Below, in pieces: positions 1 to 7,756 of a stretch of 32,000 nucleotides of DNA. Source of the stretch: Ktedonobacterales bacterium (GTDB lineage Bacteria; Chloroflexota; Ktedonobacteria; Ktedonobacterales; JADMIN01); contig CP126532.1 of assembly GCA_030167145.1 (NCBI GenBank), forward strand, positions 2,730,001 to 2,762,000, given 5' to 3'. The notes beneath the pieces were generated by a model that was given only the letters and a program-made list of their open reading frames with translations, had not been told where the DNA came from and made no database searches. How positions within the stretch are numbered: position 1 is the first letter of the stretch; each line of letters starts with the position of its first letter. The translations under genes were made by a program, and so were the position numbers.

Positions 1-1
1 C

Positions 2-151
2 TTGCATCTGCCGCAAGAGACCGTCGCCCGGTGGCTCGCCGCCGCCAACATTGACCCCATGCGCCGCGCCGAAACGCTCAGCCTCGGCGAATGGTTGAGC
101 CTCACGCGCATCGCGCTGGCGGACGACACCCTACCCGACGCGACGCCGTGA
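2..151 (+). CDS. rsmA: C-terminal end of 16S rRNA dimethyladenosine transferase RsmA/KsgA-like protein (5' part lies outside the window)
   Basis: The frame is open from the window edge to TGA at 149-151. The translation ...AANIDPMRRAETLSLGEWLSLTRIALADD has the IDPxxRAExLS tail typical of KsgA C-termini (recalled E. coli tail GIDPAMRAENISVAQY). Only about 49 codons are visible. Confidence 0.5.
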   Translation: MHLPQETVARWLAAANIDPMRRAETLSLGEWLSLTRIALADDTLPDATP

Positions 152-222
152 AAGCAGGTAGTGCTGTGCAATCAGGAGAACCACGCCGTATAATCCATGA
201 AGCAGCGCGCCCACCTCTCGGC

Positions 223-492
223 ATGCGAACGATGCTCTGGGCGATTCTCATCATCACCGCAGTGCTGCTCGTCGCCACCCTGGGCGAGGCGCTCACCCGC
301 GCCAGCGTCGAGAGCCAGGTTCGCGCCGCCGCCGCGCGCAATGCCGCTTTGCAGCGTGATGTCGCCGCGACACAGCGCGCCATCGCGCTCGCCCGTTCCG
401 ATGTCGAAATCGAACGGACCGCACGGCGCTGGGGCTATATCCGCTCTGGCGACCACCCCGTTATCGTGGTCGTCACCCCGGCTCCGAACTAA
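223..492 (+). CDS. septum formation initiator (FtsB/DivIC-like) small membrane protein
   Basis: ATG at 223. One N-terminal TM helix (LWAILIITAVLLVATL), then a coiled-coil-like Ala/Arg-rich stretch and the tail ERTARRWGYIRSGDHPVIVV, which resembles FtsB/DivIC family C-termini. The upstream part of track ORF 91..492 overlaps rsmA and is discounted. TATAAT at 189-194. Confidence 0.6.
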   Translation: MRTMLWAILIITAVLLVATLGEALTRASVESQVRAAAARNAALQRDVAATQRAIALARSDVEIERTARRWGYIRSGDHPVIVVVTPAPN

Positions 493-514
493 TCAGCCAT
501 ACTCAGGAGGACCT

Positions 515-1570
515 GTGCGGCAGGGAACAGACACTACACCAGAGCATCCCTTTCCCGAGGGCGACGCGCCCCAGCGTATCGAGCCGGATCTCTGGCGGAT
601 TCCTGTGCCGCTGCCCTTCGCGCTCCGCTCCGCCAACATCTATCTCATCGGTGGCGGCGCGGAGAACGGCTGGACCCTTGTAGACAGCGGCTTCGGCCTG
701 CCCGCCGACGAAGCCGCCCTGCGCGCGGGCCTCACTCGCGCCGGAGCCACGCTCGACGCCATCACTACGCTCATCCTCACCCACGCCCACCCCGACCACA
801 TCGGCCTCTCAGGCACAGTCCACGCCGTATCTGGCGCACCCGTCTACATGCTCGCGGGCGAAGATCAGATCATGTTCCGCGTCTGGAGCCGCCAGGAGCC
901 AGGAACCTTTGACACCGTCGGCGCCATGTACACCGCCAACGGCCTCCCACCTGATGAGGTGGCGCGCGCCCACAGCGCGATGGACCGCACACGCCATATC
1001 GTGTGTCTGCCGCCGCCAGCAGCGGTGCGGACGCTCGACGATGGCGCTGAACTGCGCCTGGGCCAGCATAGCTACCGCGCCATCTGGACCCCCGGCCATG
1101 CCGACTATCATCTCTGTCTGCTGCGTGATGATGGTCTCTTTCTCGCGGGCGACCACATCCTCCCCACTATCACCCCCAATATCGGCTGGTATCCCAATGC
1201 CCGCCCCGATCCCCTTGGCGACTATTACGACGCCCTTGCCCGCGTCCGCGATCTGCCCGCGCGGCTGGTGCTCCCTGGCCACGGACGCCCCTTCACTCAC
1301 CTTGCCACTCGCGTGGATGAGCTACGCGAGCATCACCACGAACGCAGTGAGCAGATCCTCACGCTATTGCGCGCCCAGCCCGAAGGCATGAACTCCAACA
1401 GCGTCGCCGCCGCGCTCTTCGGCGCGCGTTTGCACAGCGATGACGACCGACGCTTCGCCCTTGTCGAGGCGCTGGCTCACCTCGAACACCTGCGCCTCAC
1501 TGGCCGCGCCACGCGCGAAGACCGCGACGGCCACATCGTCTATCATGCGCTCCCCACTACCCACACGTAA
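515..1570 (+). CDS. MBL-fold metallo-hydrolase
   Basis: GTG at 515, in frame with track ORF 197..1570 and preceded by AGGAGG at 505-510. HxHxDH motif (LTHAHPDHIG) plus downstream His/Asp ligand motifs (TPGHADYH, AGDHILP, LPGHG). Confidence 0.85.
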   Translation: MRQGTDTTPEHPFPEGDAPQRIEPDLWRIPVPLPFALRSANIYLIGGGAENGWTLVDSGFGLPADEAALRAGLTRAGATLDAITTLILTHAHPDHIGLSGTVHAVSGAPVYMLAGEDQIMFRVWSRQEPGTFDTVGAMYTANGLPPDEVARAHSAMDRTRHIVCLPPPAAVRTLDDGAELRLGQHSYRAIWTPGHADYHLCLLRDDGLFLAGDHILPTITPNIGWYPNARPDPLGDYYDALARVRDLPARLVLPGHGRPFTHLATRVDELREHHHERSEQILTLLRAQPEGMNSNSVAAALFGARLHSDDDRRFALVEALAHLEHLRLTGRATREDRDGHIVYHALPTTHT

Positions 1571-1595
1571 CCCTTCAGGCCATGCTGCGATGCCC

Positions 1596-2186
1596 TCATC
1601 CTTCCCGCGCGCTCGCCGCAACGTTCGCGCTTGCCAGCCGCCTGCGTTCTGCCCGGCGCAGCGCCGTGCCCAGGCCAATGCCCAGCGCCAGCGCGATCAG
1701 GATCGTCGCCAGCGACGTTACGAGCTGCGGCTTATTGGTCATCAGAAAGACGATTCCCAATGTCACGACCAACAATATGCTATGCGACATCGTCAGCACC
1801 GGATCACTCACCCGCGCCCGCAGCGCCGCCGTCAGGGGGCCATCCGCCGCCGCTTCGGCTTCGCGCTTGATCGCATGTGCGCGTGGGCCGTTCACCAGCG
1901 GCGCTGTCGGCGCGATTATCAACAGACTTCCCAGCGCCACATCAATCCATGCCGTTTGGAAGCCCCATACCGTGATCGCCATATACAGGCCAGCGCCCAG
2001 CAACAGGAGGATGCTGATCGGGAAGAGCCGCTCAACGCCAACCATTAGCCCGCTCAGCACCCGCACCTGCTCCACCCGTCGCGCACCTCGCAACGCAATC
2101 GCGCATGTCATCTCGACGCCCAGCGCCATGAATAAGCCGACCACTCCGGTCACGTGCAGAAACAACGCTATCGTGTACGCTGACAT
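1596..2186 (-). CDS. integral membrane protein, family not firmly recognised (possibly DUF2269-like)
   Basis: ATG at 2186 (MSAYTIALFLHV...) preceded by GGAGG. Several hydrophobic helices are visible. Convergent with the MBL gene. Confidence 0.55.
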   Translation of the reverse strand: MSAYTIALFLHVTGVVGLFMALGVEMTCAIALRGARRVEQVRVLSGLMVGVERLFPISILLLLGAGLYMAITVWGFQTAWIDVALGSLLIIAPTAPLVNGPRAHAIKREAEAAADGPLTAALRARVSDPVLTMSHSILLVVTLGIVFLMTNKPQLVTSLATILIALALGIGLGTALRRAERRRLASANVAASAREG

Positions 2187-2369
2187 GCTGCTACTCCTCC
2201 ATTGGTGTTCATCTGTACGGTCGGCATCGCCGCCCACATTCGCTTCTCACAGTCTGCGCGGTGCGGAGCCGCTCTACCACGAACATCACTCACACGATGG
2301 CCCACATCATCGTCCGTGCTTTCATGTCGCGTCGTGTCCGCTCTTGTCCGCAATCGCCCCAGCCGCGCG

Positions 2370-2378
2370 TGTTAGAAT
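2370..2378 (+). promoter_or_regulatory. candidate extended -10 promoter element (TGtTAGAAT) for the STAND regulator gene
   Basis: TGTTAGAAT read at 2370-2378, about 75 nt upstream of ATG 2453. No good -35 is present. Confidence 0.3.
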
Positions 2379-2452
2379 GCCTTACATGCACTACCGCGAG
2401 GCGACCACTCAGGATGCGTGGGCGAGACAGATGTGTGGAGATAGATAACACG

Positions 2453-4804
2453 ATGAGCGCCGATCCACTCACATTTTTCGGACCGCTCTTGCGCCGCTAC
2501 CGCGAAGCCAGCGGGCTGACGCAAGAAGCGCTGGCCAGCCGCGCCGGGCTGAGCACGCGCGCCATCAGCGATCTGGAACGCGGTGTCAAGCGCACCCCTC
2601 GCCAGGAAACACTGCATTTGCTCCTCGAAGCGCTGGCGCTCTCACCGCACAAGCGCGCACTGCTCACCGCTGCCGCGCGCCCGCTAGCCGCTGTGTCGCT
2701 CGTTCCGCCCCTGGCGGACACACCGCCTCATAATCTACCCACGCCACTCACCCCGCTCATAGGACGCGAGCGCGAGAGCCACGCAGCGGCGGACCTCCTC
2801 AGCCACGCTGAAACGCGCCTGCTCACCCTCACCGGCCCCGGTGGCGCTGGCAAAACGCGCCTCGCCATTCAGGTCGCCACCGATCTGCTCGACCGTTTCG
2901 ACGATGGCGTCTGCTTTGTAGACCTCTCATCTTTGCGCGATTCGGCGATGGTGATGCCCGCACTGGCCCAGGCGCTGGCTCTGCGCGAAGACCCCACCGC
3001 GCCGCTGGCCAGTCGCCTGCGCTCTGCCCTGCGCGAACAACAGAAACTGCTGTTGCTGGATAACTTCGAGCATGTGACCGAATCCGCGCCCGACATCGTC
3101 GCGCTGCTGGCGGATTGCCCACGTGTCAATGCGCTCGTCACCAGCCGCGAGGCGTTGCGCGTGCGCGGCGAGCATCTCATGGCCGTCGCTCCGCTCGCCG
3201 AGGATGCCGCCGCCGAGCTATTCCTGCGCCGTGCTCGCGAGATTGCGCCTGAGCTGCCCGTCACGCCAGAGACATTGCCCATAGTCGCCGCCATCTGCGA
3301 CCGGCTCGATCGGCTGCCCCTGGCGATTGAACTGGCGGCGGCAATGGCGCGCGTGCTCCCGCTTCCTGCCTTGCTGGATCGCCTGACCTCCCGGCTGCCC
3401 CTGCTCACCGCTGGCCCGCGCGATCTGCCGCAGCGCCAGCGCACCATGCGCGATGCTATTGCCTGGAGTGACGATTTGCTCCCCCCCGACGAGCAGCGCC
3501 TTTTTCACTCGCTTGCGATCTTCGCGGGCGGCTGCACCCTCGACGCCGCCGAAAGCATTTTTCGCGCGACTGGCGTCTGCGCCCCCGAAGACACGCTGCC
3601 GGGGCTGCTGATGCTCGTCGAGAAGAGTCTGCTCCGTGTCGAAGTCGAAGCGGCGGATATGCCGCGTTTTAGCATGCTGCAGGTCATTCGTGAATATGCG
3701 CTCGAACGTCTGCGCGCCAGCAGGGGCGCAGGGCACGCACCCGAAGCGGATGAAGCGGCCGAAACCGATACATTGGGCCACCAGCACGCTGAATACTATG
3801 CGACGCTTGCGCAAGATGCGCTTATCATGGGCGCCGGCCAGGACATCCGCGACCAGCGCGCTATGGCGGAACTGGATAACATTCGCGCCGCGCTGGCCTG
3901 GGCGCGCGACCATAACGAGGCTGAGCTTGGGCTGCGGCTGATCGCCATCGCGCGTCTCTGGTACATGCGCGGTCTGCTCAGCGAAGGGCAATTCTGGCTG
4001 CGCGAGTTGCTCGCGCTGGATGCTCGCGCGGGCGACCGTGCCGCGCCACCGGCCCACCGCGCCATGGCGCTCTATGGCGCGACCCGCTTCGCCATGGACC
4101 GGCACGACTACACTGAAGCCGAAGCGCTCGCCAGCGAAGGGCTGGCGCTTGCGCGACGTGTGGGGGATGACGAGGCGATGAGCAACATGCTCGCCACGCT
4201 GGGGCATGTTGCCGAGGCGCACGGCGAGCTGGACCGCGCCGCCACGCTCTTCGCGGAAAGCCTCACCTACGCCGAGCGATCTGGCAACACCGGCGCGCTC
4301 AGTCGTGCGCTTAGCAGCCTGGGCAATTACGCACGGGCGCGCGGTGACCTGGATCGCGCCACCACCTATATGGAGCGGGCGCTAGCCTGCGCGCGGTCCA
4401 TCGGCATGTCCTGGGGCATCGCCTATCAACTAACGGGCCTGGGTCATCTCGCCTGCGAGCGCAACGACTATGCCCGCGCCAAAGACCTCTACCGCGAAAG
4501 CCTGGGCCTCTACCGCACCCTGCATAACCGGGCCACTGTCGCCTGGTGTCTCGAAGGTGTTGCCGTGGTCGCCGCCGCCGAAGAGCAACACGAGCGCGTG
4601 GCGCGACTGTCTGGCGCCATAGCCGCGCTCAGCGCCGGTGCGCCCGACGACCATACCACATCCCCCGCGTGGGCGCTCTACGAACACGCGCCACAACGTG
4701 CCCGCGCCGCGCTGGGCGGTGGTGCCTTTGCGGCGGCTGAGGCGGCGGGCCGCGCCCTCTCGCTGGACGCCGCCATCACCTACGCCCTGGCTGGCCTCGC
4801 CTGA
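2453..4804 (+). CDS. HTH (XRE-type) - NB-ARC/AAA ATPase - TPR signal-transduction (STAND) regulator
   Basis: ATG at 2453. N-terminal XRE-like HTH (LRRYREASGLTQEALASRAGLSTRAISDLERG). Walker A LTGPGGAGKTRLA and Walker B LLLLDNFE. The C-terminal third consists of repeated TPR-like units (LGxxAxxxGDLDRAxxxxERAL...). The first 64 codons of track ORF 2261..4804 are discounted. Confidence 0.85.
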   Translation: MSADPLTFFGPLLRRYREASGLTQEALASRAGLSTRAISDLERGVKRTPRQETLHLLLEALALSPHKRALLTAAARPLAAVSLVPPLADTPPHNLPTPLTPLIGRERESHAAADLLSHAETRLLTLTGPGGAGKTRLAIQVATDLLDRFDDGVCFVDLSSLRDSAMVMPALAQALALREDPTAPLASRLRSALREQQKLLLLDNFEHVTESAPDIVALLADCPRVNALVTSREALRVRGEHLMAVAPLAEDAAAELFLRRAREIAPELPVTPETLPIVAAICDRLDRLPLAIELAAAMARVLPLPALLDRLTSRLPLLTAGPRDLPQRQRTMRDAIAWSDDLLPPDEQRLFHSLAIFAGGCTLDAAESIFRATGVCAPEDTLPGLLMLVEKSLLRVEVEAADMPRFSMLQVIREYALERLRASRGAGHAPEADEAAETDTLGHQHAEYYATLAQDALIMGAGQDIRDQRAMAELDNIRAALAWARDHNEAELGLRLIAIARLWYMRGLLSEGQFWLRELLALDARAGDRAAPPAHRAMALYGATRFAMDRHDYTEAEALASEGLALARRVGDDEAMSNMLATLGHVAEAHGELDRAATLFAESLTYAERSGNTGALSRALSSLGNYARARGDLDRATTYMERALACARSIGMSWGIAYQLTGLGHLACERNDYARAKDLYRESLGLYRTLHNRATVAWCLEGVAVVAAAEEQHERVARLSGAIAALSAGAPDDHTTSPAWALYEHAPQRARAALGGGAFAAAEAAGRALSLDAAITYALAGLA

Positions 4805-4832
4805 AGGTTTGTGAAGCAGAAAGAATCCGCCA

Positions 4833-5690
4833 ATGCTCGTCTGTCCGCTCTGTGAACTGCCGCTCGCGCAGGCTGACCATGCGTTGCGCTGCGAGCGTGG
4901 CCACAGCTTCGACCTGGCTCGCGAGGGCTACGTCAATCTGCTGCCGCCGACCCGCACCGGCGAGACCGGCGACACCAGGGAGATGCTGCGCGCACGCCGC
5001 GCTTTCCTGGCGCGCGGCTGCTACGCCCCCCTCGCGGACGCGCTGAATGCCCTTGCGCTGGCGCACCTCGCCACCTATGTCGCTGCCGCGCCTATCAGTC
5101 CGCACACCATCCTCGACGCGGGTTGTGGTGAGGGCTACTATATCGGGCGACTGTATGATGCGCTCGCCACTGGCTTGCCCGTTGCCGCGCAGCCCCACTG
5201 CTATGGCCTGGATGTTGCCAGGGACGCGGCGCGCCTCGCCGCCAAACGCTATCCTGGTGTCCGCTTTGTCGTCGCCAACACCCATACGCGGCTGCCCTTC
5301 GCCACCGCCAGCCTTGCCGTCCTGCTCAACATCTTCGCCCCGCGCAATCCCACCGAGTTTGCCCGCATTCTCGCGCCCGGTGGCTTGCTGCTGATCGCCA
5401 TCCCCGGTCCCGCCCATCTGGCCGAACTGCGTGCCGCGCTGCCGCTGCTGGGCATCGAGAACAACAAACGCGAGCACATCGCCGCGCAATTCACGGACGC
5501 CTTCACCGCGCTCGCGCCCCATCCGCTGACCTACCCGATGACGCTTGATGCCCCTGCCATCCACGACCTGCTAGCGATGACCCCCAGCGCCCGCCATCTC
5601 CCAGCCGACGCCTGGGCATCTCTTGCCGTGCTAGCACACAAGGAGGTGACGGCAAGCTTCCAGATACTACCTTTCACACGCCGAGACTGA
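4833..5690 (+). CDS. rlmA: 23S rRNA (guanine745-N1)-methyltransferase RlmA
   Basis: N-terminal Zn-finger-like CPLCELPL...CERGHSFDLAREGYVNLLP and REMLRARRAFLARGCYAPL. SAM motif LDAGCGEGYY. Collinear with recalled E. coli RlmA (MSFSCPLCHQPL...HQFDMAKEGYVNLLP...DIGCGEGYY...TPGPRHLMELK). Confidence 0.9.
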   Translation: MLVCPLCELPLAQADHALRCERGHSFDLAREGYVNLLPPTRTGETGDTREMLRARRAFLARGCYAPLADALNALALAHLATYVAAAPISPHTILDAGCGEGYYIGRLYDALATGLPVAAQPHCYGLDVARDAARLAAKRYPGVRFVVANTHTRLPFATASLAVLLNIFAPRNPTEFARILAPGGLLLIAIPGPAHLAELRAALPLLGIENNKREHIAAQFTDAFTALAPHPLTYPMTLDAPAIHDLLAMTPSARHLPADAWASLAVLAHKEVTASFQILPFTRRD

Positions 5691-5720
5691 TACGAAGATG
5701 CCAGGAATCGAGGTGTTGGT

Positions 5721-6362
5721 ATGCCCTACAATCGCGAAGTACCGCACAGTCGTGACGAACTCATCCGCGATATTCTTTTCCTGTATCACGAATGTGCGAA
5801 CTACGGCACTATCTACGGCAACAACAATTACTGGACACTCTTGCGTGGTCCATATTACGAATTCTTCGACGAAGGTGAGGACTTCGATGCGTATGCGGCT
5901 GAATTGAAGAGCGAAGGCTTTCCAGACTTTTCATATGAGGATGGGGGAGATCCGCTGGATCCTTTGATTAGGGTTGGTTCGGTGCTCCTCTTCATTTCCA
6001 TGCTTGAGAATTGGCACGGCGAAGATGGCTACCCATTTGGCACCTATGAGGGAGAGTGCCGCCACCCGTTGCCAACCTATGTTCGTCGCCTGCTTCATGC
6101 GTACCGCCGTGTACGCACTGATGAGGCAGCCGCTGAGCGGCCCGTGTACGCCGCAGCGCTGTCCATATGTGCTGCCTTAGATAAGGCAAGTCAAAGGGCG
6201 CAGTTCAGCGAAGAGCTGCACGATGAAGTGTTGCTGGCGGAATTGCGCGCTGTTATCCGTGAAGATCAGCTTGGTAAGACCGACGAGCAGTTAGGAGAAC
6301 TCAAGCGTTGGCTCTATACGACATATATGCGCGCCTATTTCTTGGAATTGAGCCAACGGTGA
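5721..6362 (+). CDS. hypothetical protein (acidic, predicted all-helical), encoded in a low-G+C pocket
   Basis: 213-codon ORF with GAGGTG 6 nt upstream of the ATG. No family recognised. G+C is 47% in 5761-5820, compared with 73% in 5401-5460 (hand counts). Confidence 0.6.
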   Translation: MPYNREVPHSRDELIRDILFLYHECANYGTIYGNNNYWTLLRGPYYEFFDEGEDFDAYAAELKSEGFPDFSYEDGGDPLDPLIRVGSVLLFISMLENWHGEDGYPFGTYEGECRHPLPTYVRRLLHAYRRVRTDEAAAERPVYAAALSICAALDKASQRAQFSEELHDEVLLAELRAVIREDQLGKTDEQLGELKRWLYTTYMRAYFLELSQR

Positions 6363-6420
6363 GGCAAGTGGCCGAAATCTCGATCCGGTCATATGGGCAG
6401 GTTTCGCGGCCATTCGTACG

Positions 6421-6439
6421 GGCGCACGGCGTGTGCCCG
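6421..6439. repeat. GGGCGCAC-GGC-GTGTGCCC hairpin, a third copy of the hairpin found in the approximately 120-bp composite repeat
   Basis: 8-bp stem (one G.T pair) with a 3-nt loop, in the intergenic stretch 6363-6453. Compare 26576-26594 and 29076-29094. Confidence 0.6.
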
Positions 6440-6453
6440 CTAATCGCCCGCGT

Positions 6454-7023
6454 TCACGCATCCGAAGGGCCAGGTAGCCAGCCGGTTTCCTGCGCCCAGG
6501 CATCGGCCCGCGCGATCACCTGATAGATATAGGGCTGCTTTGCTTCCACGTAGCCCTCGCGGTCGTCGCGGTAGCGGCCAGCAAGTTCATATTTCAGCCG
6601 CGCATAAGCATCGGCCTCATTGGCATGCGCCCGCAAGTAGTCGCGGAAGAGCAGCGCGAATTGCTCGCTGAAGCTGCCCGCCCGCCGCACGTGGATGTGT
6701 GTGCGGCGCGTACCGGGCGGCTCGCGGAAGTAGCGCTTGGTGCGCTCTGGATTCTCCGCGCGAAAGACGTAGCCCAGCCTTTCAAGCGGCGCGCGGAAGG
6801 CGTCCAGCGGCTCGAAGCTCGCCACCGCAATCTGCACATCAATGATGGGCTTGGCCGCCAGCCCTGGAACCGAGGTTGAGCCGATATGGTCAATCCGCAG
6901 CGCCACTGCCCCCAGCGCGGCCCGCAACTTCGCTGCCTGTCGGGCAAAGAGCGCGGGCCACTCTGGGTCATACGGCACGACGATGATCGGGTCACGCTCC
7001 GCCGCCACAGTGCCTCCTTTCAC
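6454..7023 (-). CDS. GrpB family protein (UPF0157, nucleotidyltransferase-fold)
   Basis: VVPYDPEWPALFARQAAKLRAALG...RIDHIGSTSVPGLAAKPIIDVQIAV is the characteristic GrpB core. GTG at 7023. An alternative GTG at 7008 lies directly after AAAGGAGG. Confidence 0.9.
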   Translation of the reverse strand: MKGGTVAAERDPIIVVPYDPEWPALFARQAAKLRAALGAVALRIDHIGSTSVPGLAAKPIIDVQIAVASFEPLDAFRAPLERLGYVFRAENPERTKRYFREPPGTRRTHIHVRRAGSFSEQFALLFRDYLRAHANEADAYARLKYELAGRYRDDREGYVEAKQPYIYQVIARADAWAQETGWLPGPSDA

Positions 7024-7050
7024 ATTGCCCAGTATTCACTAGAGCGTCTG

Positions 7051-7554
7051 CTAGATGTGGCAGTGGCTCAGGCCACGCTTGGCCAGATATTGCTGGTGAT
7101 ACTCCTCCGCCTGGTAGAACGTGCTGGCGGGCACGATCTCAGTGACGATGGGCCGCTTAAAGCGCCCGGAGCGTTCCAGCGCCGCCTTCGATGCCTGCGC
7201 CGCCGTTTCCTGCTCTGGCGTGGAGTAGAAGATCACCGAGCGGTATTGGGTGCCTACGTCCGGACCCTGGCGGTTGAGTGTCGTCGGGTTGTGATTATTC
7301 CAGAAGACCTCCAGCAGCGTCTCATACGTCACCTTGGCGGGGTCATACTGCACCTGCACCACCTCCGCATGGCCCGTCCGGTCGGTGCAGACATCCCGGT
7401 AGGTCGGGTTATCCAGCGTGCCGCCCGCGTAGCCAACCGCCGTCGCCACTACCCCTGGCACCCCGCGGAAGGTCTCTTCCACTCCCCAGAAGCAGCCCGC
7501 GCCAAACGTCGCCGTCTCCAACTTTGTCGCTGTCGTCTCCGTTGTCTCCGTCAT
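7051..7554 (-). CDS. msrA: peptide-methionine (S)-S-oxide reductase MsrA
   Basis: Catalytic [10 protein letters not shown] motif, then GYAGG...NPTYRDVC...[17 protein letters not shown] lies upstream of ATG 7554. Confidence 0.95.
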   Translation of the reverse strand: MTETTETTATKLETATFGAGCFWGVEETFRGVPGVVATAVGYAGGTLDNPTYRDVCTDRTGHAEVVQVQYDPAKVTYETLLEVFWNNHNPTTLNRQGPDVGTQYRSVIFYSTPEQETAAQASKAALERSGRFKRPIVTEIVPASTFYQAEEYHQQYLAKRGLSHCHI

Positions 7555-7704
7555 CGCATATCCTCAGCTTTCAATCGGTCTCGTGGGCGCTCCGCCCGTT
7601 CCGCCGTGTATCCTATCGCGGACATCTTACATGTATCTTACCGCATCACAGCAGTGGCGCGGCGCTGGTGACTTTGGCATAGCCGATGCTTCTTTTTTTG
7701 CTGC

Positions 7705-7713
7705 TGCTATAAT
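7705..7713 (+). promoter_or_regulatory. candidate extended -10 promoter (TGcTATAAT) for the MFS fusion gene
   Basis: TGCTATAAT at 7705-7713 in the msrA/MFS divergent intergenic region, about 45 nt upstream of ATG 7757. Confidence 0.35.
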
Positions 7714-7756
7714 GGCGATACGACGTGTGTGCAGGGCAGCTCAAGTGGAGTGCGTG

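Noticed and set aside
197-514. N-terminal extensions of track ORFs (197..514 before the MBL gene; likewise 2261..2452, 25244..25399 and 25219..25431)
   Set aside because: The extensions overlap neighbouring genes or promoters, have biased composition, and are followed by internal starts with good Shine-Dalgarno sequences where family homology begins.
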